A DNA stretch of 24,000 nt. Source: an uncultured Pseudomonadota bacterium (GTDB lineage Bacteria > Pseudomonadota > Alphaproteobacteria > Acetobacterales > Acetobacteraceae). The notes under the pieces are model-generated. The model saw only the letters and a list, made by a program, of their open reading frames with translations, was not told where the DNA came from and made no database searches. Position 1 is the stretch's first letter. Each line of letters begins with the position of its first letter. The stretch spans positions 56,023 to 80,022 of the forward strand of contig CAWHDE010000007.1 of NCBI GenBank assembly GCA_963827925.1, given 5' to 3'. Position numbers and translations under genes: made by a program. This document shows positions 7,775 to 15,476 of this stretch, one piece after another.

Positions 7775-8332
7775 ATGGGCAGTTTTTCCGTCACCGTGTT
7801 TTGCGGCTCCAACCCGGGGGTAGACCCGGTGTACGCGGCGTCCGCCAAGGCGCTGGGTGAGGGGCTGGGCGGGCGCGGCATACGCCTTGTGTTTGGGGGC
7901 GGCAATGTCGGGCTGATGGGCATTACCGCGGGCGCCACGCTGGGTGCCGGCGGCGAGGTCACCGGCATCATTCCCGACTTCCTGCGCAAGCGCGAGGTGG
8001 AGTTCCAGGGGCTGACAGAGCTGATCGTTACCGACTCGATGCACACCCGCAAGCGCCGCCTCTTCGCGCTGGCGGATGCCTTCGTGGTGATGCCGGGCGG
8101 CCTCGGCACTTATGATGAGACGATCGAGATCCTGACCTGGAAGCAGCTCGGCCAGCACAGCAAGCCGATCATCCTGGTGAACATCCTCGGCTGGGCGGAG
8201 CCTTTCGTGGCGATGGTGGACGAGACCGTCAAGCGCGGCTTCGCCAAGCCGGAAGTGCGCGATCTGTTCGAAATTCAGCCCGATGTGCCCGCCGTGCTGG
8301 CGAGGCTGGAAGAGCTGCGCGCCGCCGGCTGA
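7775..8332 (+). CDS. LOG family protein (cytokinin riboside 5'-monophosphate phosphoribohydrolase-like, TIGR00730-type)
   Basis: The start was moved to ATG 7775 (MGSFSVTVFCGSNPG). Supporting motifs are GGGNVGLMG and PGGLGTYDE (PGGxGTxxE). Confidence 0.88.
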   Translation: MGSFSVTVFCGSNPGVDPVYAASAKALGEGLGGRGIRLVFGGGNVGLMGITAGATLGAGGEVTGIIPDFLRKREVEFQGLTELIVTDSMHTRKRRLFALADAFVVMPGGLGTYDETIEILTWKQLGQHSKPIILVNILGWAEPFVAMVDETVKRGFAKPEVRDLFEIQPDVPAVLARLEELRAAG

Positions 8333-8722
8333 TCGCCGCTCTGCGGCGCCTCCTCGGCGCGGATCATCTGCCGGGCGAGCTTCAGCGCTTCCAAAGCCGT
8401 TTCCTCCGTGCTCAGCCGCAACAGCGCGGCCCAGCCGCGACCTTGCCGCCTCATCGGTCGCGGCGAGGTGCGTGCCGATCATCTCCCGCGCCTGGCACAG
8501 GGCCCCCTGCCGCTCCTCGTCGCGGCCGATATAGGCCTGTTGCAGCGCATAATAGGCCTGGCGGGTGGGGCTGGTCGCCTCCTCCGCGCGCATGACCTGC
8601 TTGCCGAACAGAAAGCGTGCATGGCTGTTCAACTCCAGCCGCGCCTTCGTCTTGAACCGGATGATCGCCCCATTGAGGATCATCGATTCGCCCTGTTTGA
8701 ACTCCAAGACCAGTGAAGACAT
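8275..8722 (-). pseudogene. flbT: Flagellar biosynthesis repressor FlbT; frame broken once (otherwise the ORF runs 427 aa antisense through the LOG gene)
   Basis: The N-terminus MSSLVLEFKQGESMILNGAIIRFKTKARLELNSHARFLFGKQVMRAEEATSPTRQAYYALQQAYIG matches the FlbT pattern. After about 8430 the sensible continuation AALLRLSTEETALEALKLARQMIRAEE... is in the next frame. That frame stops at 8275-8277. Confidence 0.7.
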
Positions 8723-8802
8723 CTCATCCTGCCAGAACGGGGTTATGAAATATCTCTGATCTTGCCACCGCCCTTGTTAACAGGCCGTGAAACGGAAACG
8801 CT

Positions 8803-9618
8803 TCAAAGTACCGGCATGGCAGGCGCCAGCCGCCCGCCCAGGCGCACAGGCTCTATCCGGCGGGCGAGGCCGGTCGCGTCATCCGTCTCCACAAAGGCGC
8901 CGCTGAGTGTCGCCGGGCCGTCCGCCGGGCTCAGCTTCTCGCCCGGCATCTTGCGGATAAAGCGGTTCAAAGCGGGCGCCTTGGTCATGCCGATGACGGA
9001 ATCATAATCCCCGCACATGCCGAGATCCGTCGCATAGGCTGTGCCCCCGGGCAGCACCTGATGATCCGCCGTGGGCACATGGGTGTGCGTGCCGGTCACG
9101 GCGCTCACACGCCCGTCGAAAGCATGGCCGAAGGCCATTTTCTCCGAGGTTGCCTCGGCATGGATGTCCACTAGGACCGCATGGACGGTGACACCCAGCC
9201 TGTGGCGGGTGAGCAACTCGTCAATGGCGCGGAAGGGGCAATCCATCGGGTCCATGTAGAGCCGCCCCATGGCCTGCGCCACCAACACCTTGCGCCCATC
9301 CGCCAGCGCCGCCAGATGCGCCCCCGCCCCCGGCGTGCCGGGCGGGTAATTGATCGGCCGGATCAGCCGCTTTTCATTGGCGATGTAGGGGATGATCTCG
9401 CGCCTGTCCCAGGCATGGTTGCCGAGCGTGATGACATCCGCCCCGACGGCGAACAAAGCCTCCGCCATATCCGGCCCCAGCCCGAAGCCATGAGAGGCGT
9501 TCTCGGCATTCACCACCACGAAGTCGAGTTTGAGTGAGGCGCGCAATAAAGGGATATGTTTCAGAGCCGCCTCGCGGCCGGAACGGCCAAGCAGGTCGCC
9601 GAGGAGAAGAATTCGCAT
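8803..9618 (-). CDS. YmdB-like metallophosphoesterase (TIGR00282 family)
   Basis: The start was moved to MRILLLGDLLGRSGR (ATG 9618). Supporting motifs are VVVNAENASHGFG, GNHAWD and GTHTHVPTAD. Confidence 0.85.
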   Translation of the reverse strand: MRILLLGDLLGRSGREAALKHIPLLRASLKLDFVVVNAENASHGFGLGPDMAEALFAVGADVITLGNHAWDRREIIPYIANEKRLIRPINYPPGTPGAGAHLAALADGRKVLVAQAMGRLYMDPMDCPFRAIDELLTRHRLGVTVHAVLVDIHAEATSEKMAFGHAFDGRVSAVTGTHTHVPTADHQVLPGGTAYATDLGMCGDYDSVIGMTKAPALNRFIRKMPGEKLSPADGPATLSGAFVETDDATGLARRIEPVRLGGRLAPAMPVL

Positions 9619-9647
9619 GCGGCTCCATACGATGGAACGCGGCGAAA

Positions 9648-10741
9648 TCAAAAACCTGACAATAGCTCCAACGTGCCGTCCTGCACACGGTAGGGCGCGG
9701 CATCGAAGCCTGTGAAGGTCTCGATATCGGTGCCGGTCAGCCAGGCCGGGAAATCGGCCTTTTCCAACGCCACGAACAAAGCCGCCCGGCGTTGCGCATC
9801 CAGATGCACCAGCGGCTCATCCAGCAGCAGCAGCGGGGCCTCGCCACGCGCAGCGGAAATCATCGCGGCATGGCCGAGCACGATGCCGATCAGCATTGCC
9901 TTCTGCTGCCCGGTGGAAGATAGCGCGGCGGGCTGCCCGGCCATGGCGTCGGCAATCAAGAGGTCGGCTTTCTGCGGCCCTTGGCCAGCGGATTTCACCG
10001 CCGCATCGGCGCCGCGCGCGGCTGCCAACGCTGCCCGCAGCCAGTCCTCCACCTCCACGGCCGGTTCCTGCTGCAGCCTTTGCGCGATGGGACAAGCCAG
10101 CCCCAGCACCACGCGCGGAAACGGGTCCGCAGCACCCGCCGCCAGCGTGGCATTCAGCCGGGCAATGAGCGCCGCGCGCGCCGCCGTGGCCGCAACGGCA
10201 TGCCGCGCCATCGCATCCTCCAGCGCCGTGGCCCAGGCTGCATCATAAGGCGGCTCGGCCAGCAGCCGGTTGCGCTGGGCGGAGGCGCTCTCAAACGCGG
10301 CGATCTCGCGCGCATGGAAGGGTTCCAGCGCGATCACCAGCCGGTCCAGGAATTTGCGGCGGCCGGAGGCGGTGTCGGTAAACAGCCTGTCCATCTGCGG
10401 GGTAAGCCAGACGGCGGAGAGTTGCTCCGCCACCTCGCTCTGCGCGCGGGGTTTCACGCCGTTCAGCCGGAATTCCCGGCGTTCTGGGTGCACCCTCCAC
10501 CGCGCCGGTGCCGATCTCCAGCCCGTTATCAAAGCGCGCCGCCACGGCCCAGCCCCCTGGCCCCGCCTTGGCGCGCCAGCTCGGCAAAGCGCGCCGCGCG
10601 CAGGCCGCGCCCCGGCACCAGCAAGGAAACCGCTTCCAGCAGATTGGTCTTGCCCGCGCCATTCGGCCCCGCAAACACCAAACGCCGCGCCTGCGGTTCA
10701 AAACGCAGCGCGGCGTAGGAGCGGAAATCGGCAAGGGTTAA
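9648..10741 (-). pseudogene. recF: DNA replication/repair protein RecF; frame broken twice and no canonical start codon found
   Basis: Frame a, by my translation, reads ..[62 protein letters not shown] and contains the Walker A motif. Frame b (track ORF 10291..10734) reads [22 protein letters not shown]. Frame c (track ORF 9648..10532) reads PERREFRLNGVKPRAQSEVAEQLSAVWLTPQMDRLF...LLLLDEPLVHLD. The breaks lie near 10549-10570 (G-runs) and 10482-10500. Confidence 0.88.
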
Positions 10742-10767
10742 TCGATTTAGGTTCGTTTCAAGAATCC

Positions 10768-10902
10768 TTTGCAGCTTTTTGAAAAAAGCTGCACCAAAAA
10801 CTTTTAAACTTAAGGCTGTGAAGCCGTATCCTTGGGGTCAAGGCTTCGTGGCCAGGTTTCAAAGTTTTTTGGGTGCAGCCTTTTTTTCAAAAAAGGCTGC
10901 GT
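10768..10902. repeat. Nested palindromic, REP/MITE-like structured element in the dnaN-recF intergenic region
   Basis: Hairpin A is TGCAGCTTTTT/AAAAAGCTGCA (10770-10793). Hairpin B is GCAGCCTTTTT/AAAAAGGCTGC (10875-10900). In addition, the 3' arm of A plus its flank (GCTGCACCAAAAACTTTT, 10788-10805) is the inverted repeat of AAAGTTTTTTGGGTGCAGC (10861-10879). Small inner hairpins are GGCTgtgaAGCC and CCTTGgggtCAAGG. Confidence 0.6.
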
Positions 10903-10908
10903 CTTTCT

Positions 10909-12033
10909 TCACACCCGCATCGGCATCAGAACATAGACGGCGGAATTATCGTCCTGGTCTCGCACCAAAGTCGGCGCCGCGCCATCGGCAAACGCGAACT
11001 CCACCTTGCCTTTGATCTGCTCCGTCACGTCCGACAGATACCGCGCCTGGAAGCCAATTTCCAAAGGCCCAGCCTGGTAATCCACCAAATCCCCGCCCAG
11101 CTCCTCAGAAGCGGAGCCCTGCTCGGCGGAGGCCGCGGAGATCACCAGCAGCTCCTTGGCGAGCGAGAGCTTCACCGGGCGATGTTTCTCGGCCGAAATG
11201 GCGGAGACGCGGCCCACCGCATCGTTGAAATCCTTCTTGTCCACACGCAGGATCTTGTCATTCCCGCGCGGGATCACCCGGTCATAATCCGGGAAGGTGC
11301 CGTCGATCAGCTTGCTGGTCAGCTTCATCGTACCGATGGTGAACTGGATGCGCGTCTCGGAAAGCGCCACCTCCACCTCGCCAGTCGCTTCGTCCAGCAG
11401 CTTGCGCAGCTCGGTCACGGTCTTGCGCGGAATGATGATGCCGGGCATCCCCGCCGCGCCTTGCGGCAACGGCTCCTCCACGCGGGCCAAGCGATGGCCA
11501 TCGGTGGCGACAGCGCGCAGCACCGCCCCGTCAGAGCCTTCAGCCGCGTGCAGGTAAATGCCGTTCAGATAATAGCGCGTCTCCTCGGTGGAGATGGCAA
11601 AGCGTGTACGGTCAATCAGCCCGCGCAGCTCCTGGGCGGAGAGCACGAAGCTGTGCGAGAGCTTGCCGGCATCGAGCTTCGGAAACTCCTCAACCGAGAG
11701 CGCGACCAGGCTGGTGGAATAGCGCCCGGCACGAAGCGCCAACTGGGCGTCTCCGCCCGGATGGTCCAGCTCGATCACCGCATTCTCCGGCTGGCGGCGC
11801 ACAATCTCATAAAGTGTCGCGGCGGGCACGGTGATGGCGCCGTCGCGAACCGTTTCGGCAACGACCTCCTCCACCAGCGCGATCTCAAGATCCGTCGCGG
11901 CGATGGTCAGCTTGCCGTCCTTCACCGAGAGCAGCACATTGGCCAGGATAGGAATGGTGTTCCGCTTCTCAACCACATTCTGCACGTGGGCGAGAGACTT
12001 CATCAACGTGGCGCGATCGGCCTTGAACTTCAT
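10909..12033 (-). CDS. dnaN: DNA polymerase III beta sliding clamp
   Basis: The 374-aa sequence begins MKFKADRATLMKSLAHVQNVVEKRNTIPILANVLL and also contains ..ISTEETRYYLNGIYLH.. and ..LMPMRV. It sits in the dnaA-dnaN-recF order. Confidence 0.95.
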   Translation of the reverse strand: MKFKADRATLMKSLAHVQNVVEKRNTIPILANVLLSVKDGKLTIAATDLEIALVEEVVAETVRDGAITVPAATLYEIVRRQPENAVIELDHPGGDAQLALRAGRYSTSLVALSVEEFPKLDAGKLSHSFVLSAQELRGLIDRTRFAISTEETRYYLNGIYLHAAEGSDGAVLRAVATDGHRLARVEEPLPQGAAGMPGIIIPRKTVTELRKLLDEATGEVEVALSETRIQFTIGTMKLTSKLIDGTFPDYDRVIPRGNDKILRVDKKDFNDAVGRVSAISAEKHRPVKLSLAKELLVISAASAEQGSASEELGGDLVDYQAGPLEIGFQARYLSDVTEQIKGKVEFAFADGAAPTLVRDQDDNSAVYVLMPMRV

Positions 12034-12144
12034 GGTACCCTTCCAGACAGCGACCGAATCCCCGGATTTTATGGACCGATTCGTACCTTAGACTAGCAAG
12101 GCGACCCAAAACTGGGAAGCGCCAGCAAATTCTCCGGAATCAGA

Positions 12145-12174
12145 ACGGGGCAAAGCGCTACCGCCCTGCCCCGT
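12145..12174 (-). terminator. Hairpin downstream of dnaA (weak terminator candidate)
   Basis: ACGGGGCA (12145-12152) pairs with TGCCCCGT (12167-12174). On the minus strand only a poor U-tract (TCTGATT) follows. Confidence 0.35.
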
Positions 12175-12194
12175 ACACGATCATAACGGCCGTC

Positions 12195-13634
12195 TCAGTT
12201 CTCCAACAGGCGCTTCAGCAGCTCCACATCCTCGGCGAAGGCAGCATCCTGGGCGATCAGATCCGTGATACGCGAAACCGCATGCATCACCGTGGTATGG
12301 TCGCGGTCGCCGAAATGCCGGCCGATATCGGGCAGGCTCTTGGAGGTGAGCTGCTTGGCCAGATACATCGCCACCTGGCGCGGCCGGGCAATGTTGCGCG
12401 CCCGCCGGGCAGAGGACATCTCCGCCACACGTATATTATAATGCTCGCAGACGCGCTTCTGGATCTCCTGAATGGAGATCTTGCGGTCATGCGCCTTCAG
12501 CACGTCGTGCAGCACCTCATGCGCGGTGTCGATGGTGACCTGCCGGTTGAACAGATTGGCATGCGCCACCAGCCGGTTCAGCGCGCCCTCCAGCTCGCGG
12601 TTATTGCTGGTGATCTTGCGGGCCAGGAATTCCACCACTTTCGTCGGCACCTCCACCCCCGCGCGCTGCGCCTTGGCTTCCAGAATGGAGTAGCGCAGCT
12701 CGAAGGTGGTGGCGTGCAAATCGGCCACCATGCCGCAGCCCAGGCGCGTGCGCAGCCTGTCCTCCAGCCCCGAAAGATCGGAGGGGGATTTGTCGGCGGA
12801 GATGACGATCTGCTTGCCCGCATCCACCAGCGCGTTGAAGGTGTGGAAGAACTCTTCCTGCGTGTTGTCCTTGCCGATCAGGAACTGCAGATCGTCGATC
12901 ATCAACACATCGACCGAGCGCAGCTCGTTCTTGAATTCCAGCGTGGATTGCGAGCGCAGCGCGTTGATGAAGCGGTACATGAAGCGCTCGGCCGACATAT
13001 AGGCGACCGAAACCGGGCGCCCGCCACGCGGCGTGTTGGACAGCTCCCAGGCGATGGCGTGCATCAGATGCGTCTTGCCCAGCCCGACGCCGCCATAGAG
13101 GAAGAGCGGGTTGAACCCGGCCGTCGCCGGCGCCTCGGCCACGCGCCGGGCACAGGCATAGGCAAACTCGTTCGGCTTGCCGACCACGAAGGTTTCAAAG
13201 GTGAAGCGCTGGTCCAGCGCCGCCATGTTCTCCGGGCGCTGCTGTTGCAGTGCAACAGGCGCCGCCACCGGCGCAGGCTCCGCCAAGTCCGGCACCGCCG
13301 GGCGCGCCGCCGGGGCCCCGGTGCGGAACTCCACACGCTTCACCGCCGGGTTTTCCTGCAGCCAGAAGGCCGCGATCAGCTCGCCATATTCCTTGTTCAC
13401 CCAGTCGCGCAGAAACCGAGTGGGCAGCATCACCACCGCCTCGTCGCCCACCAGCCCGCCAAAGCTCACCTGCTTCAGCCAAGTCCGGTACTCGACCTCA
13501 CCCACCTCCGCCTGCAGCCGCGCGCGCACGCGTGCCCACTGCTCAACCAGCCGCGCCTCGTCACTCCAGACCGCGGAGGTTTGCAGCGCAGCGCTGCTCT
13601 TACCAGAGGAACCGATCTCCAGGTTGATACCCAT
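12195..13634 (-). CDS. dnaA: Chromosomal replication initiator protein DnaA
   Basis: The Walker A motif is GGVGLGKTHLMHAIA. The AAA+ box is VDVLMIDDLQFL. The C-terminal DNA-binding region is ARPRQVAMYLAKQLTSKSLPDIGRHFGDRDHTTVMHA. I prefer the start at ATG 13634; the track ORF starts 11 codons earlier at 13667. Confidence 0.95.
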   Translation of the reverse strand: MGINLEIGSSGKSSAALQTSAVWSDEARLVEQWARVRARLQAEVGEVEYRTWLKQVSFGGLVGDEAVVMLPTRFLRDWVNKEYGELIAAFWLQENPAVKRVEFRTGAPAARPAVPDLAEPAPVAAPVALQQQRPENMAALDQRFTFETFVVGKPNEFAYACARRVAEAPATAGFNPLFLYGGVGLGKTHLMHAIAWELSNTPRGGRPVSVAYMSAERFMYRFINALRSQSTLEFKNELRSVDVLMIDDLQFLIGKDNTQEEFFHTFNALVDAGKQIVISADKSPSDLSGLEDRLRTRLGCGMVADLHATTFELRYSILEAKAQRAGVEVPTKVVEFLARKITSNNRELEGALNRLVAHANLFNRQVTIDTAHEVLHDVLKAHDRKISIQEIQKRVCEHYNIRVAEMSSARRARNIARPRQVAMYLAKQLTSKSLPDIGRHFGDRDHTTVMHAVSRITDLIAQDAAFAEDVELLKRLLEN

Positions 13635-13914
13635 TCTGCTTTGCCTGCCCCGCGAACACCACCGCAAACAACCTCTTTCCGCAAAGCTGAGGTCTCCGAA
13701 AAGACTCTACTTTCCCAGAAATGAGACAGTTGTAAACGGTCAATTGAGGTCCTGAGTTTAGGTCCAAACCACCCGATGAAGCAAGCGCTCAAATTCTCCG
13801 CCAATGCTGCCAAAGCGCTGACAGAATAAAAAAATATAGTAAAATCATATATTTATGAAGGCAAAACTTTCTTGCTTCCCGATTCGGAAGCTGCGCAAAG
13901 GCGCCATGCGGGGG

Positions 13915-13964
13915 CCAAAACAGCAAAACCGCCGTCCCTTGTCATTACAACAAGATGACGGCGG
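13915..13964 (-). terminator. Intrinsic terminator downstream of rpsT (second of two)
   Basis: The stem pairs CCGCCGTC (13929-13936) with GACGGCGG (13957-13964). On the minus strand it is followed by TTTTGCTGTTTTGG. Confidence 0.7.
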
Positions 13965-13980
13965 CTTAATAATGTGTAAA

Positions 13981-14008
13981 TTTTAAAACAGGAGCTGAAG
14001 CCCCTGTT
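13981..14008 (-). terminator. Intrinsic terminator-like hairpin immediately after the rpsT stop
   Basis: AACAGG (13987-13992) pairs with CCTGTT (14003-14008), with an extra inner GC/GC pair. On the minus strand it is followed by TTTTAAAATTT. Confidence 0.55.
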
Positions 14009-14019
14009 ACACGCCCTTG

Positions 14020-14289
14020 TCAGGCGGCGGCGACAGACTTCACGCTGGCGGACAGGCGGGAGAGCTTGCGCGAAACAGCATTCGCCTTCAACACACCCTT
14101 GCCAGCGGCACGCTGCAGCTCGGGCTGCGCGGCGCGGAAGGCGGCCAGCGCCTCATCCTTGTTCCCGGCAGCCACGGCCTCTTCCACCTTGCGGATGAAG
14201 CTATGCACGCGGGACTTACGCGCCTTGTTGCGCGCCGTGCGCTTCAGCGTCTGGCGGATGCGTTTCTGGGCAGATGCGATATTGGCCAT
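14020..14289 (-). CDS. rpsT: 30S ribosomal protein S20
   Basis: The start was moved to [28 protein letters not shown] (ATG 14289). The protein is 89 aa and basic, with the typical S20 N-terminus. Confidence 0.93.
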   Translation of the reverse strand: MANIASAQKRIRQTLKRTARNKARKSRVHSFIRKVEEAVAAGNKDEALAAFRAAQPELQRAAGKGVLKANAVSRKLSRLSASVKSVAAA

Positions 14290-14373
14290 GATGTCCGAAC
14301 AAAAAAGGTGTATAATGGAGCGCGCCATCTAGACCGCTAGGCACGCTACGTCAAGCTTTATGCCGGAATGCTC

Positions 14374-14718
14374 CTATTCGTGGATCACCCAGCTTTTGCG
14401 CATATGGGAGCGCACCTCCCAGGTGCCGGTGAAGCCGGGTTCGATGACGAATTTATCGCCCGGCCCGGCCTCGATCCTGCGGCCATCATCGCCCTCCACC
14501 ACACAGGTGCCGGAGATGACCTCAACATACTCCCACTCGGTATAGGCGATACGCCATTTGCCGGGACTCGCTTCCCATTCCCCGGCGGAAAGGCCCCGGG
14601 CGGTGTTCTCATAGAGAACAAAGGTGCGGGTCTTCGGGGTACCGTCGATCAGCTTGTCCGCCGGCACCTCCTCCCATTGCGCCATGCCGGCGTGCGGCAG
14701 CAAAGCAAGCCGGGTCAT
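14374..14718 (-). CDS. Cupin domain protein (Cupin_3 / DUF861-like)
   Basis: The supporting sequence is GEWEASPGKWRIAYTEWEYVEVISGTCVVEGDDGRRIEAGPGDKFVIEPGFTGTWEV. The start overlaps the upstream stop as ATGA. Confidence 0.75.
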   Translation of the reverse strand: MTRLALLPHAGMAQWEEVPADKLIDGTPKTRTFVLYENTARGLSAGEWEASPGKWRIAYTEWEYVEVISGTCVVEGDDGRRIEAGPGDKFVIEPGFTGTWEVRSHMRKSWVIHE

Positions 14719-15476
14719 TGCGGTGCACCCCCCAGGCCAGCCGGGCCAGCACCAGGCAGATAACTCGGCACGGCGCCATTGCCGTTGATCTGGCCGGCGG
14801 GCGCCATTGCGGCAGGAGCGCTGGTGGCCGGAGCCGTGGCAACACCAGGCGGGGCGGACAGGGGAGCGGACTGGATCATCCCACCCCCATTGCCCGCGGC
14901 GGCCGACGAGGCCGTGGAAGCAGCCGCCCCGACGGCGCCATTATTGGTCCAGGAGACCCAGCTCGGCAGATTTTTCTGGATCTGGTACTGCAACTGAACA
15001 TTCATCTGCGTCATCAACTGCTTGGTCAGGGCATAAAGCGCCGCTCTCGTATCGTCCGGATTGCTGGAGTCGGGCGCGGTCTGGCTGGCGCTGACACTGG
15101 CCTCGGTGAAGCCGGTGGCGTGGCCATCGGCGCTGGCCAGGTTCAGGTCCACCGTCATCGAGCCGGTGAGATTGCCGTTCACATTATCGACATAGGCGCT
15201 CTGCACCGTCACCGTCGCGGTGCCGGGCTGGCCCGCGGGCTGCAGGCGCTGATGCAACATGGCCATCAGCGTATCGGCCGGCGGGGCGGGGTCCATCCCT
15301 GCCATCTGCACCTGCGAAGGGGTGGGCACGTAGGCATTCACCACATTCACTTGGGCGACCTTCAGCAGGACTGGCGGCAGATAGGAATAATCCAGCGGCT
15401 GGTAGCTGGGCGCGGGCGGGGTTGAGCCGCAGGAGGCCAGCGCCAGCAAGGGAAGTGCGAAAACAAGTTTTTTCAT
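14715..15476 (-). CDS. Hypothetical lipoprotein with an Ala/Gly/Pro-rich C-terminal tail
   Basis: The start was moved to MKKLVFALPLLALASC|GS (ATG 15476), which has a lipobox LASC. The upstream 76 codons of the track ORF are actually displaced hslO sequence. Confidence 0.75.
   Translation of the reverse strand: MKKLVFALPLLALASCGSTPPAPSYQPLDYSYLPPVLLKVAQVNVVNAYVPTPSQVQMAGMDPAPPADTLMAMLHQRLQPAGQPGTATVTVQSAYVDNVNGNLTGSMTVDLNLASADGHATGFTEASVSASQTAPDSSNPDDTRAALYALTKQLMTQMNVQLQYQIQKNLPSWVSWTNNGAVGAAASTASSAAAGNGGGMIQSAPLSAPPGVATAPATSAPAAMAPAGQINGNGAVPSYLPGAGPAGLGGAPQ

Noticed and set aside
7439-8274. The downstream 280 codons of the 427-aa ORF 7439..8722.
   Set aside because: Only the first roughly 100 residues look like a protein (FlbT). 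The rest is antisense to the LOG-family gene and to the LysM gene start, and it results from a lost frame or stop.
12282-13724. A 480-aa plus-strand ORF antisense to dnaA. The same applies to 10873..12096 antisense to dnaN, 16346..17929 antisense to hldE, 20951..22171 antisense to petB, and 525..1517 antisense to the GNAT region.
   Set aside because: Each lies opposite a gene with unambiguous conserved motifs. The translations are low-complexity Arg/His/Gly/Ala-rich. Long open antisense frames are expected at this GC content.
13967-13981. TTAA-N7-TAAA, a near match to the CtrA box TTAA-N7-TTAA.
   Set aside because: It has one mismatch and is a single occurrence. It is embedded in the AT-rich U-tract region between the two terminators, so there is no support beyond chance.
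13855-13986. A 43-aa basic ORF (MKAKLSCFPIRKLRKGAMRGPKQQNRRPLSLQQDDGGLIMCKF) in the rpsT-dnaA spacer.
   Set aside because: It has no RBS. It reads straight through both rpsT terminator hairpins, and its codon usage is unlike that of neighbouring genes.
13635-14019. oriC assignment to the rpsT-dnaA spacer.
   Set aside because: It is AT-rich, but I found no cluster of DnaA-box-like 9-mers by eye. Alphaproteobacterial origins are often not adjacent to dnaA. I kept it as a low-interest finding rather than a feature.
14381-14390. A DnaA-box-like TGATCCACG on the minus strand.
   Set aside because: It is a single copy with 2 mismatches to TTATCCACA. It lies inside the last codons of the cupin gene (..WVIHE-stop), so it is most likely chance.
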